Below, piece by piece: positions 13,165-27,694 of a stretch of 64,000 bases of DNA. This DNA is from Eledone cirrhosa (taxonomy: Eukaryota). Numbering within the stretch: position 1 is the first letter of the stretch; each line of letters begins with the position of its first letter. The DNA is taken from assembly GCA_964016885.1 (NCBI GenBank), contig OZ024746.1, forward strand, positions 56,916,001-56,980,000. Reading direction: 5' to 3'. Both the position numbers and the translations under genes were made by a program. A model generated the notes under the pieces. That model saw nothing but the letters and a program-made list of their open reading frames with translations. It searched no databases and was not told where the DNA came from.

Positions 13165-16100
13165 ATATGATTAGAAATCGATCGTTGTGACGAGATAATA
13201 TTAACAAGGGATATTTGTGAGTAGAGATAATATTAGCAAAGGAGAGCTGTGACTAGATAATATTAGAAATGGAGAATTGTGACTAGATAATATTAGAAAC
13301 GGAAAGTTGTGACTAGATAATATTAGAAATGGAGAATTGTGACTAGATAATATTAGAAACGGAGAGTTGTGACTAGATAATATTAGAAACGGAGAGTTGT
13401 GACTAGATAATATTAAAAAGGGAGAGTTGTGACTAGATAATATTAGAAACGGTGAGTTGTGACTAGATAATATTAAAAAGGGAGAGTTGTGACTAGATAA
13501 TATTAGAAACGGAGTGTTGTGACTAGATAATATTAGAAACGGAGAGTCGTGACTAGAGATAATATTAGAAAGGGAGAGTTGTGACTAGATAATATTAGAA
13601 ACGGAGAGTTGTGACTAGAGATAATATTAGAAAGGGAGAGTTGTGACTAGATAATATTAGAAACGGAGAGTTGTGACTAGAGATAATATTAGAAAAGGAG
13701 AGTTGTGACTAGATAATATTAGAAACGGTGAGTTGTGACTAGATAATATTAGAAACGGAGAGTTGTGACTAGATAATATTAAAAAGGGAGAGTTGTGACT
13801 AGATAATATTAGAAACGGAAAGTTGTGACTAGATAATATTAGAAATGGAGAATTGTGACTAGATAATATTAGAAACGGAGAGTTGTGACCAGATAATATT
13901 AGAAACGGAGAGTTGTGACAAGATAATATTAAAAAGGTAGAGTTGTGACTAGATAATATTAGAAACGGAGAGTTGTGACTAGATAATATTAAAAAGGGAG
14001 AGTTGTGACTAGATAATATTAGAAACGGAGAGTTGTGACTAGATAATATTAGAAACGGAGAGTTATGACTAGAGATAATATTAGAAAGGGAGAGTTGTGA
14101 CTAGATAATATTAGAAACGGAGAGTTGTGACTAGAGATAATATTAGAAAGGGAGAGTTGTGACTAGAGATAATATTAGAAAGGGAGAGTTGTGACTAGAT
14201 AATATTAGAAACGGAGAGTTGTGACTAGATAATATTAGAAACGGAGAGTTGTGACTAGATAATATTAAAAGGGGAGTGTTGTGACTAGATAATATTAGAA
14301 ACGGAGAGTTGTGACTAGATAATATAAGAAATGGAGAGTTGTGACTAGATAATATTAGAAATGGAGAGTTGTGACTAGACATACTATTAGAAAGGGAGAG
14401 TTGTGACTAGATAATATTAGAAACGGAGAGTTGTGACTCGATAATATTAGCAATGGAGAGTTGTAACTGGAGATAAAATTAGCAATGGAGAGTTGTGAAT
14501 AGATAATATTAAAAAGGGAGAGTTGTGACTAGATAATATTAGAAACGGAGAGTTGTGACTAGATAATATTAAAAAGGGAGAGTTGTGACTAGAGATAATA
14601 TTAGAAAGGGAGAGTTGTGACTAGATAATATTAGCAATGGAGATTTGTGACTAGATAATATTAGAAACGGAGAGTTGTGACTAGATAATATTAGAAGTGG
14701 AGATTTGTGACTAGAGATAATATTAGCAATGGAGAGTTGTGAATAGATAATATTAAAAAGGGAGAGTTGTAACTAGAGATAATATTAGAAAGGGAGAGTT
14801 GTGACTAGATAATATTAGAAGTGGAGATTTGTGACTAGAGATAATATTAGCAATGGAGAGTTGTGAATAGATAATATTAAAAAGGGAGAGTTGTAACTAG
14901 ATATAATATTAGAAAGGGAGAGTTGTGACTAGATAATATTAGAAAGGGAGAGTTGTGACTAGAGATAATATTAGCAATGGAGATTTGTGACTACATAATA
15001 TTACAAATGGAGAGATGTGACTAGATAATATAAGAACTGGAGAATTTTGACTAGTGATAATATTAGAAAGGGAGAGTTGTGACTAGAGATAATATTAGCA
15101 ATGGAGAGTTGTGAATAGATAATATTAAAAAGGGAGAGTTGTAACTAGAGATAATATTAGAAAGGGAGAGTTGTGACTAGATAATATTAGAAGTGGAGAT
15201 TTGTGACTAGAGATAATATTAGCAATGGAGAGTTGTGAATAGATAATATTAAAAAGGGAGAGTTGTAACTAGATATAATATTAGAAAGGGAGAGTTGTGA
15301 CTAGATAATATTAGAAAGGGAGAGTTGTGACTAGAGATAATATTAGCAATGGAGATTTGTGACTACATAATATTACAAATGGAGAGATGTGACTAGATAA
15401 TATAAGAACTGGAGAATTTTGACTAGTGATAATATTAGAAAGGGAGAGTTGTGACTAGAGATAATATTAGCAATGGAGAGTTGTGAATAGATAATATTAA
15501 AAAGGGAGAGTTGTAACTAGAGATAATATTAGAAAGGGAGAGTTGTGACTAGATAATATTAGAAGTGGAGATTTGTGACTAGAGATAATATTAGCAATGG
15601 AGAGTTGTGAATAGATAATATTAAAAAGGGAGAGTTGTAACTAGAGATAATATTAGAAAGGGAGAGTTGTGACTAGATAATATTAGAAATGGAGAGTTGT
15701 GACTAGATAATATTAGAAATGGAGAGTTGTGACTAGAGATAATATTAGAAATGGAGAGTTGTGAAAAGAGATAATATTAGAAATGGAAAGTTGTGACTAG
15801 ATAATAATAACAATGAATAATTGTGACTAGAGGTAATATTAGAAATGGAGAGTTGTGACTAGAGATAACATTAGAAATGCAGAGTTGTGACTAGAGATAA
15901 TATTAGCAATGGAGATTTGTGACTACATAATATTACAAATGGAGAGATGTGACTAGATAATATAAGAACTTGAGAATTGTGACTAGAGATAATATTAGAA
16001 AGGGAGAGTTGTGACTAGATAATATTAGAAAGGGAGAGTTGTGACTAGATAATATTAACAATGGAGAATTGTGACTAGATAATATTAGAAATGGAGAGTT

Positions 16101-19100
16101 GTGAATAGATAATATTAGAAATGGATAGTTGTGCCTAGAGGTTATATTAGGAATGGAGAGTTGTGACTAGATATAATATTAGAAAGGGAGAGTTGTGACT
16201 AAATAATATTAGAAATGGCGAGTTGTGCCTAGAGGTTATATTAGGAATGGAGCGTTGTGACGAGATATAATATTAGAAAGGGAGAGTTGTGACTAAATAA
16301 TATTAGCAATGGAGTGTTGTGACTAGAGATACTATTAGCAAAGGAGATTTGTGACTAAATAATATTAGAAATGGAGAGTTGTGCCTAGAGGTTATATTAG
16401 GAATGGAGAGTTGTGACTAGATATAAAATTAGAAAGGGAGAGTTGTGACTAGAGATAATATTAACAATGGAGAGTTGTGACTAGAGATAATATTAGAAAT
16501 GGAAAGTTGTGACTAGAGATAATATTAGAAAGGGAGAGTTGTGACTAGAGATAATATTAACAATGGAGAGTTGTGACTAGATAATATAAGAACTTGAGAA
16601 TTGTGACTAGAGATAATATTAGAAAGGGAGAGTTGTGACTAGATAATATTAGAAAGGGAGAGTTGTGACTAGATAATATTAACAATGGAGAATTGTGACT
16701 AGATAATATTAGAAATGGAGAGTTGTGAATAGATAATATTAGAAATGGATAGTTATGACAAGAGATAATATTAGCAATGGAGAGTTATGACTAGATAATA
16801 TTAGCAATGGAGAGTTATGACAAGAGATAATATTAGCAATGGAGAGTTATGACTAGATAATATTAGAAATGGGGAGTTGTGACTAGATAATATTCACAAT
16901 ATATCGTTGTGACTAGAATATAGTAACAATGGAGTATTGTGTGCTAGATAATATTAGAAATGGAGAGTTGTGACAAGTTAAAATTAGAAAGGGAGAGTTG
17001 TGACTAGTGATAATATTAACGATGGATAGTTGTGAATAGATAATATTAGCAATGGAGAGATGTGACTATATAATATTAGAAATGGAGAGTTGTGACTATA
17101 TAATATTAGAAATGGAGAGTTGTGACTAGAGATAATATTAGAAATGGAGAGTTGTGACTATATAATATTAGAAATGGAGAGTTGTGACTAGAGGTACTAT
17201 TAGCAAAGGAGAGTTGTGACTAGATAATATTAGGTATGGAGAGTTGTGACTAGATACTATTAGACATGGAGAATTGTGACTAGATAATATTAGAAAGGGA
17301 AAGTTCTAACTAGAGATAATATTAGAAATGGAGAGTTGTAACTAGATAATATAGACAATGGAGAATTGTGACTAGTGATAATATTAGAAATAGAGCGTTG
17401 TGACTAGATAATATTAGAAATGGGGAGTTGTGACTGTATAATATTAACAATGTAGAGTTGTGACTAGAGATAATATTAGAAAGGGAGAGCTGTGACTAGA
17501 TAATATTAACAAGGGATATTTGTGACTAGAGATAATATTAGCAAAAGAGAGTTGTGACAAGATAATACTAGAAAGGGCGAGTTGTGATTAGAGATAATAT
17601 TAGCAATGGAGAGATGTGACTAGATAATAATAGAAATGGAGAGTTGTGACTAGAAATAATATTAGAAAGGGAGAGCTGTGACTAGAGATAATATTAGCAA
17701 AGGAGAGTTGTGACTAAATAATATTAGAAATGGAGAGTTGTGACTAGATATAATATTAGAAAGGGAGAGTTGTGATTAGAGATAATATTAGAAACGGAGA
17801 GTTGTGACTAGAGATAATATTAGCAAACGAGAGTTGTGACTAGATAATATTAGATAGGGAGAGTTGTGACTAGATAATATTAGAAAGGTAGTGTTGTGAC
17901 TAGAAATAATATTAACAATGGTGAGTTGTGTCTAGATAATATTAACAATAGAGAGTTGTGACTAAATAATATTAACAATGGAGAGTTGTGACTAGATAAT
18001 ATTAGAAATGGAGAGTTGTGACTAGAGATAATATTAGAAATGGAGAGTTGTGACAAGAGATTATATTAGAAATGGAGAGTTGTGACTAGATAATATTGAC
18101 AATGGAGAATTGTGATTAGAGACAATATTAGAAATGGAGAGTTTTGACTAGAGATAATATTAGAAATGGAGAGTCGTGACAAGAGATAATATTAGAAATG
18201 GAGAGTTGTGACAAGAGATTATATTAGAAATGGAGAGTTGTGACTAGATAATATTAGAAATGCAGAGTTGTCACTAGAGATAATATTAGCAATGGAGATT
18301 TCTGACTACATAATATTAGAAATGGAGAGTTGTGACTGGACATAATACTAGAAATGGAGAGTTGTGACTAGAGATAATATTAGAAACGGAGAGTTGTGAC
18401 TAGATAATATTAGATGGGGAGAGTTGTGACTAGATAATATTAGAAAGGTAGAGTTGTGACTAGAAATAATATTAATAATGGAAAGTTGTGTAGTGGCTAG
18501 AGAAAATATTAGAAATGGAGAGTTGTGACTAGATAATATTGACAATGGAGAGATGTGACTAGATAATATTAGAAAGGGAGAGTTGTGACTGGAAAATATT
18601 AACAATGGATAATTGTGACTAGATAATATTGGAAAGTGAGAGTTGTGACAAGAGATAACATTAGAAAGGGAGAGTTGTGACTAGAGATAACATTAGAAAT
18701 GGAGAGTTGTGACTAGATAATATTAGCAATGGAGAGTTGTGACTAGATAATATTAGAAACGGAGAGTTGTGACTAGATAATATTAGAAATGGAGAATTGT
18801 GACTAGATAATATTAGAAATGGAGAATGGTAACTAGATAATATTAGATAGGGAGAGTTGTGACTAGATACTATTAGAAAGGTAGAGTTGTGACTAGAAAT
18901 AATATTAACAATGGAGAGTTGTGACTAGATAATATTAGCAAGGGAGAGTTGTGACTAGAGATAATATTAGAAAGGGAGAGTTGTGGCAAGAGATTATATT
19001 AGAAATGGAGAGTTGTGACTAGATAATATTGACAATGGAGAGTTGTGACTAGAGATAATATTATAAATGCAGAGTTGTGATTAGATAATATTAGAAATGG

Positions 19101-21036
19101 TGAGTTGTGACTAGAGATAATATTAGAAATTGAGAATTGTGAAAATAGATTATATTAGAAATGGAGAGTTGTGACTAGATAATATTGACAATGGAGAGTT
19201 GTGACTAGAGATAATATTAGAAATTGAGAATTGTGACAATAGATTATATTAGAAATGGAGAGTTGTGACTAGATAATATTAACAATGGAGAGTTGTCACT
19301 AGAGATAATATTAACAATGGAGAGTTGTGTCTAGATAATATTAGAAATGGAGAATTGTGACTAGATAATATTAGAAATGGAGAGTTGTGACTAGATAATA
19401 TTAGAAAGGGTGAGTTGTGACAAGAGATACTGTTAGCAAAGGAGAGTTGTGACTAGATAATATTAGAAATGGACAATTGTGACTAGAGATAATAATAACA
19501 ATGGAGAGTTGTGATGAGCTTATATTAACAATTGAGAGTTGTGTTGTGGCTAGAGAAAATATTAGAAATGGAGTGTTGTGACTAGATAATATTAGAAATG
19601 GAGAGTCGTGACTAGGTAATGTTAGAAATGGAGAGTTGTGACTAGATAATATTAACAACGGAGAGTTGTGACTAGATAATATTAGAAATGGAGAGTTGTG
19701 ACTAGATAATATTATCAATGGAGAGTTGTGACTAGATAATATTAGAAACGGAGAGTTGTGGCTAGATAATATTAACAATGGAGAGTTGTGACTAGATAAT
19801 ATTAGAAAGGGAGAGTTGTGACTAGATAATATTAGCAATGGAGAGTTTTGACTAGATAATATTAGAAACGGAGAGTTGTGACTAGATAATATAAGAAATG
19901 GAGAGTTGTGACAATATAATATTAACAATGGGGAGTTGTGACTTGATAATATTAGAAATGGAGAGTTGTGACTAGATAATATTAACAATGGTGAGTTGTG
20001 ACTAAATAATATTAGAAATGGAGAGTCGTGACTAGAGTTAATATTAGAAATGGAGTGTTGTGACGAGAGATAATATTAGCAAATGAGAGTTGCGACTAGA
20101 TAATATTAGAAATGGAGAGTTGTGACTAGAGATAATATTAGAAACGGAGAGTTGTAACTAGATAATATTAGCAGTTGGAGAGTTGTGACTAGATAATATT
20201 AAAATGGAGAGTTGTGACTAGAGAAAATATTAGAAATGGAGAGTCGTGACTAGAGATAATATTAGAAATGGAGAGTTGTGACTAGATAATATTAACAATA
20301 GAGAGTTGTGATTAGAGAAAATATTAGATATGGAGAATTGTGACTAGATCGTATTAGAAATAGAGAGTTGTGACTAGACGATATTAACAATGGAGAGTTA
20401 TGACTAGATAATATTAGAAAGGGAGAGTTGTAACTAGAGATAATATTAGAAATGGAGAGTTGTGTCTAGATAATATTAGAAATGGAGAGTTGCGATTAGA
20501 TAATATTAACAATGGAGAGTTGTGACTCGAGAAAATCTTAGAAGTGGAGAGTAGTGACTAGAGATAATATTACAAATGGAGAGTTGTGACTAGATAATAT
20601 TAGAAATGGAGATTTGTGACTAGATAATATTAACAATGGTGAGTTGTGACTAGAGTTAATATTAGAAATGGAGTGTTGTGACTCGAGATAATGTTAGCAA
20701 TTGAGAGTTGTGACTAGATAATATTGGAAAGGGAGAGTTGTGACTAGAGATAATATTAGAAATGGAGAGATGTGACTATATAATATTAGAAATGGAGAGA
20801 TGTGACTAAATAATATTAGAAAAGGAGAGTTGTGACTATAGATAATATTAACAATGGAGAGTTGTGACTAGAGATTATATTAACAATGGAGAGTTGTGAC
20901 TAAATAATATTAAAAATGGAGAGTTGTGACTAGAGATACTATTAACAATGGAGAGTTGTAACTAGAAATTATATTAACAATGGAGAGTTGTGACTAGAGA
21001 TAATATTAACAATGGACAGTTGTAACTAGAGAAAAT
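13165..21036. repeat. Satellite array of 30/32-bp monomers (consensus GAGAGTTGTGACTAGA[GA]TAATATTAGAAATG), ~7.9 kb
   Basis: Head-to-tail tandem monomers (about 255 by length) with no spacers. Confidence 0.98.
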
Positions 21037-21232
21037 AGACATCAATGTTTTACATACTATGTCGGTGGTCATAAGTATGACAATGATAGGTGCAATGGTA
21101 TGTTAGGCATATGTTTCATAGGACTGCTACGTATACAATGGGATTGAACTGCAGATGTAGTGGAAGAGAGTAGTGGTTCATCACTAAATGTACTGCTACA
21201 TGTGGTAATTGTATTAGAAGTATAATATAATT

Positions 21233-21330
21233 GTTTCTACTTTTTGCACATGCCCAGCAATTAACCAGTACATTACTGGTACTTTATTTTATCGACCCCG
21301 TAAGGATGAAAGGCAAAGTTTACTTCGCCT
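21233..21330 (-). mobile_element. SINE 3' part
   Basis: GTTTCTACTTT...CCAGTACATTACTGGTACTTTATTTTATCGACCCCGTAAGGATGAAAGGCAAAG. Confidence 0.8.
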
Positions 21331-22585
21331 TTAGAAGTATAATATAATGAAAATGACGATGATTGGTCGCTCGTTATAATTTGAGGAAGTAGTAAATGTG
21401 TATTGCTTTGATGCAAAAATAGCTGCTGTGGATAACCTTGTCATTTTGTAGGTCTTCTATTGTGCTAATATTCAGGAGTGGCTGTAGCTGCTGGTGTTGT
21501 TGTTGTTTATATTGTTGTTTATGTTGATCTTATTATTTATAGTGTGGCTTTTATTATTGCTGTTTATGTTGATGCTATTATTGTTTCTTTCGTTGTAGTA
21601 GTTGATGCTCGTGCTCCGCGATACTCTCGTTTGTGTATTGTATATAAACATATAGTATATGCTTTCACCTATAACCACATTATTTTTATATATGTACAGA
21701 TATATTATCCCGTTTTTAGTTTGCATGTGCATGACTGCATTATTGAACAAGTAGTCCTAAATGGTAAGATGGTCCTGTTTCATTTTAGGGTATTTTCCCA
21801 CTATTACTAATAAATATACTGACCCAACTGGCGTCTTTCCTCTTTAACATGGAGTAACGTATGTTATTTTTTCATATCACAAACTGCCCCATCTAATGTA
21901 TTCTTCATTCAAAGCAGGATGTGATTTAAGAAAAAATGTAGTTGTTATTTACTGTAAATAGAAAATTAATGTAGAATGCTACATTTTTGCAAGATAGTGA
22001 TAGGGGTTAGTGTAGGTAGAATAAGGCTATAAGGTTGTGATAGGCTCTATGATGAGAATTTAATTTGTGTTACATTTATAGCGACACTTTCATTATCATC
22101 CATTCAAAACGATTACCATTTTAAGGTGGGTACATTCCAAAAATACTTACAAGAACAAACAGTGAGGCTTGTGTATAATATTCTATTTCAAACGTATGTT
22201 TTTGCCGTTTAGAAAATAACACAAGACATTCATGTTTAACAAGCTCGGTTTATGTGAGATATTATATGGGCGTGTAAGGGATACTTATATTCGTGTGCCT
22301 TGTGAGGGTGACAGGCATGGTATGCCCAAATTTGTAAGAACTTTTTAATGCGATTTCTCGTTGTGGATGTTCATTGCGTTTTATATTTTGTTTGCGAATT
22401 GACGTTCCTACGTTTGAACGCTAGTTGAACAAACCCACATGATGTGTGCTAATATACAGACAGACACAGAAACAGACACACACTTACACACTTACACATA
22501 CAAGTATGTATATATATATACATATATATATACACACACAATTTACGAAAGTTTCTGGTGTTATCTCAGCCACCTCCAATATGTG

Positions 22586-22639
<54 letters not shown>

Positions 22640-22650
22640 AAAAGAGTAGG

Positions 22651-22746
22651 ACCCCGACGGCTGAGCTCAAGCCGTTTCCACGGCTAATTCTGGACTAAAT
22701 GAACGTTTTTATCCTGTTAAATGAATAGCCGAACTTCTCAGGGGGT
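22651..22746 (-). ncRNA. Hammerhead-like motif with atypical core (family E)
   Basis: ACCCC-CTGAGAA-..CGGCTA...TAGCCG..-GAAA-CGGCT-TGAGCTC-AGCCG-TC-GGGGT. The mirror copy is at 27422-27517 (+). Confidence 0.6.
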
Positions 22747-23829
22747 AATTCCATATATGGTAAAAGTGATTGTCACAAGGATTGGTCAAAAGTTTGTTGT
22801 TGCGACACATGATTCTATCATGGCATTTTGTGGAAGGTAGGGGTAGATGAACTTGCCAGTAGAAGAAAGAGGGAGAGGGAGTGGAGGAAACCCAGTTGAG
22901 CGTTGAAAGTGACAACTACAGCAGATTCAAAGGATAGGAGGTTGAAAAAAAAATGCTAGAGAAGGGGAGGGAGGGAGTCAAAACAATAAGTAAATCTATA
23001 TGGAGTAAATATATAGAAAAATATTTAAAATATTAAAAATATAAAAAAAAACACAATTTCTGCTTACTATTGCCCTTCCACATTCATCGAATCTCTCACT
23101 GGTACTGCTAAGTTATAAAAGAGTTTAATAGGTGGGACGGAATACTAAATACGAGATTGTAGTGAAAGAATTTTATGAGTTAGTAGTAATCGGCCAAATC
23201 TATCTTACAATGACAGGTCAACAAGTAGGGGTCCAAAATACTAAAAAAAGTAAAACTAATAGGAAACATTAATACTAATACGATATATATGAGTACTGCT
23301 ACAATGCATAAATTCTAATACAAACTACATAAATGTTCGTACGATATATACGAAAAATTAATACGAAAAATTAATTCAGAATACCCCCCCCCCCCCCCCA
23401 CACACACACACCACCACCACCACAAAAAAAACTATAACTATCGATATACGAGAAACTAAAGCAGAAATACCACTAAGAAATCTAGAAATCACGGAAATGG
23501 AGCAGCAATCAGAGAAGAAAGCAAGTATCTAGGGTCTAGCACATCTGCTATAAAAAGCGGAATCGGCCAATTCTATCATAGAATAAGGGGGGTGGGGTAC
23601 TGACGCTACAGAGGACCAAAGGGCTGCCTCGGGATGGGCGAGAAGGTGAAAAGAACGATGACAAAGAAGATCTGGGGTGGAAGGACTAGGAAGGGATGGG
23701 AGGGAAGAAGGAAACATAGAGGAAACGATAAAAACATATATAAGTAATTCCATACAAAAAAGTTACGTCTATCTTTGTAAGCGGGGGTTACCCATTACAA
23801 AGTCGGCAAGTTGGGTGTTTCAGCCCTTG

Positions 23830-25937
23830 TCTACACCCATCCCCAGGGTCATTATGGGGTTTGAGGACGAGGTAAGTCCTACGCAATATGTGTTTGCATG
23901 CAGTTACCAGTTCGTCTTTCTTGTTTAGGATTTGGTCCGTCGAAAACAGCATTTGTAATGTTTCCTCCGAGCATAAGTTTCACGGACGGCGTCCTCCCGT
24001 GTAAGAGTTGGCTCTAGACAGTAGTCTCCAAGTGAGATTATAGGTTATATTATTATCTTTGAGGTCCCAAATGTGGCTCGAAAGAGTAGTGGCGTAACGC
24101 CGAGCCGGGTTTCGGACAGTATATCTGTGTTGGTATAGCCGTATCTTGAAGTCACAAGCGGTTAATCCTATATAAGCATTGTTGGAGGTGTCCGTCCTCA
24201 CGTTGCACTTCTTCTAGATCACATTACGATCTCTGCATCTGTTGTCGCGGGAGAAAATGGATCCATCAGGACAGTTACACCTCCTGGTCGGCTCTCCACT
24301 GCTATCTAGGTTATTTCTTCCATAGGGGTTGAGATTTTTGTTGTTAGAGGAGACGATGACTTGTGCAAAATTAGGTGTGGTGCTGTAGGATAGTTTGATG
24401 GTATTTTTGTTGATTATGTTGTGGTAGCGTTGTTGTAGTGGGAAGTGTTTTTCGATGAGCCTAAAGAAGATTTTCCCGATACGTGTTGTCACCTCGGCGT
24501 TGTGGGGAGGATTGAACCATGTTACGTTGCGTGAGCGCCTTATTACAACCGCTCGAGAGCCTGGTTGTAATAAGGCGCATGTTCCTCGAATATCTGCTCA
24601 TTAGCGGACAAACGAGATATGCCGAGGGAGATGTTTTTAACCAGGTTATTGGTGATGTTTCTAGGATGGTTCGACCGGCGGTGGATGTAGTGCAGGTTGT
24701 CGTTTGGTTTCCTGTATGGGTAGTACAACTAATTATCGAGGTCAAGGGTAACCTCCAGGAAGTTTACTCGGGTTAGGGACGTTTGTAGGGTTATTTTAAA
24801 TCCCCAGTCGCGGAAGAAGCTGATTAATTGTTTACGGGCCCGGTCTGTACTACTGGGGTTGTACCCTTTAAGGGTAAGGAGCCCATCATCACGGTACAAT
24901 CCACCGCCGAATGCAGGAAACATATCGGTGAGTTGAACTAGTAGGAATAATCCTATAAAATCTGTGACCTCAGCCGAATCCGTCACGCCCATACTGACGT
25001 CGAAGGGGTAGTCGGGAGCTCTCTTTATCCATTTGGAGTTGTCGAAAAGTAGGACTGTCTTCCTGGCGTGGAGGATGATATTTTATTCCTGGTCGGTGAT
25101 GGGCGCAAGTGTCTCGGCAATGTCCGAGTCGGCAGTAAGGAGCGGTAAGGTAATTGAAGCATAGTAACTCTCTATGTCAAACTGGATGAATTTTGTGTCT
25201 CGTTTGTCCTCCATATCGCTGAACCATGAGATTACTTTCCGGGAGTTGACCCATAGGCTAAGTCTGCCGTTTTGCTTAACTTTTGGTATAACGCGGTCTA
25301 GGAATTTTTTGCTGATTCTCCCTATGTCGGACTTCGTTGGGTTTCTAAGCCTGATAGATGGTTTACGGTCGAAATCGGATTTGTGGTCCTTCAGTGTGAA
25401 GTAGGGAGTCCGTGGGTCTAGGGGTTCCGTGCGGTCGACGACCCCGAGGTTGGAGGTAATTTGTTGTCCATCTCGATGTATGTCCTCGATGCTTGAGTTT
25501 TTAGCCTTTTTATAGGTGGAGTTTAGGCTGCTCCTGATCAGTGTGTGGTATTTGTCGGGGTTGACGAAGTAGAGGTTACCTGTTTTATCCGAGTGCACCA
25601 TGATGTCATTGTTGTTTTCATACTCTGTTAAGATGCTACGAAGTTTTTGTAGGAATCTGTTGTGTCTGGGTTTGAATGTAATGCTCGTGACCAGTTGGAA
25701 AAGGTCATTCTTGAAGAGTGAAAGCATAGCGTTCTGAGGTGGAGATTTGTAGGTATTAAATCCGAATCTCTCCTTGGTATCAAAGTCCTGATTGTCGCAA
25801 TATCTGTCGTGGAACAAAATTCTCCATCTTACTCTTTTCGCAAAGAGGTCGATGTTTTGCTTGAGCATCCGGAGGTAGAGTTTTCTCGGTGGGACTGGGA
25901 TGTTCTTGGTGGAGAAGTCGATGTTGTGTTTTCGCAT
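23830..25937 (-). pseudogene. PLE RT + GIY-YIG, disrupted
   Basis: N-terminal KNIPVP..KRVRW, DKTGNLY, LKDHK, FIQFDIESYYASI, GLYRDDGL, SNHP, CNC and AYIGLT, broken by stops and frameshifts. Confidence 0.93.
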
Positions 25938-27610
25938 GGTGCAGGTGAAAGAACAACGTGAGGACGGATACCTCCAAACAAAGCTTATATAGGATTAACC
26001 GCTTGTGATTTCAAGATACGGTTATACCAACACAGACATACTTTCCGAAACCCGGCCCGGCGTCACACCACTACTCTTTCGGGCCACATCTGGGACCTCA
26101 AAGATAACAATATACCCTATAATCTCACTTGGAGCTTAGTGTCCAGAGCCAACTGTTACACGGGAGGACGCGCTCCGTGTAACTTATGCTCGGAAGAAAC
26201 ATTACAAATACTGTATTCGACGGACCATCTCCTAAACAAGAAAGACGAACTGGTAACTGCATGCAAACACATATTGCGTAGGACTTACATCGCCCTCAAA
26301 CACCATAATGAGCCGGGGAGGGGGTAGACACGGGCTGAAACACCCAACTTGCCGACTTTGTAATGGGTAACCCCTGCTTACAAAGGTAGACGTAACTTTT
26401 TTTTATGAATTTTCTTATATATTTTTTATCGTTTCCTCTGTTTCCTTCTTCCCCCACCCTTCCTAGTCCTTCCACCCCAGATCTACTTTTTTGTCGTCGT
26501 ACTTTTCACCTTCTCGCCCACCCCGAGGCAGCCCTTCGGTCCTCTGTAGCGTCAGTACCCCACCCACATTATTCTATGATAGAATTGGCCGATTCCGCTT
26601 TTTATAGCAGATGTGCTAGACCCCAGATACTTGCTTTCTTCTCTGATTGCTGCTCCATTTCCGTGATTTCTAGATTTCTTAGTGTTATTTCTGCTTAAGT
26701 TTCTCGTATATCAGTATTTTTTTTTAGGGGGAGGATTCTGAATTAAATTTTCGTATTAGTTTTTCATATATATCGTACGCGTATTGATGTAGTTTGTATT
26801 AGAATTTATGTATTGTAGCAGTACTCATATATATCGTATTAGTATTCATGTTTCGGGATACTGAATTAATATTTCGTATTAGTTTCGGGACTCTGAATTA
26901 TTATTTCGCATTAGTTTTTCTTTTTGTAGTATTTTGGCCCCCTACTTGTTGACCTATCATTGTAAGATCGATTTGGCCGACTACTACTCTGAAATTCTTT
27001 CACTACAATCTCGGATTTAGTATTCCGTCCCACCTATTAAACTTTTTTATAGCTTAGCAGTACCAGTGAGAGATTTGATGATTGTGGTAGGGCAATAGTA
27101 ACCAGAAATTGTGTTTTTTTTTATATTTTTTATATTTTCAATATTTTTCTATATATTTACTCCATATAGATTTACTTATTGTTTCGACTTCCTTCCCCCT
27201 CCTTTTCTCTAGTATACTTTTTTCAACCTCCTATCCTTTGAATCTGTTGTATTTGTCACATTCAACACTCGACTGGGTTTCCTGGACTCCCTCTCCCTCT
27301 TTCTTCTACTGGCAAGTTCAGCTACCCCTTCCTTCCACAAAATGCCATGATAGAATCATGTGTCTCAACAGTAAACTTTTGACCAATCCTTGTGACAATC
27401 ACTTTTACCATATGTGGAATTACCCCCTGAGAAGTTCGGCTATTCATTTAACAGGATAAATATGTTCATTTAGTCCAGAATTAGCCGTCGGAACGGCTTG
27501 AGCTCAGCCGTCGGGGTCCTACTCGTTTCCTATTACCCACTCTACTACACTAAGTATTGAGTACGTTGGTGCTCTATTGTCCATCTGGTTCCTTACCACA
27601 TTTCCTTCGT

Positions 27611-27694
<84 letters not shown>

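Larger units (their letters stand above)
22635..27610 (-). mobile_element. Penelope-like element family E, near full-length ORF with ~1.6-kb inverted pLTR arms
   Basis: The coding region runs 25937 to ~23830 on the minus strand. 22635-24205 is an imperfect reverse complement of 25954-27533. Both ends lie at (TA)n. Confidence 0.93.

Noticed and set aside
13165-21036. CRISPR array, or repetitive protein from the SSHNSPFLIL ORFs
   Set aside because: The monomers are contiguous with no unique spacers and there are no cas genes. The mixed 30/32-bp units shift frame constantly.
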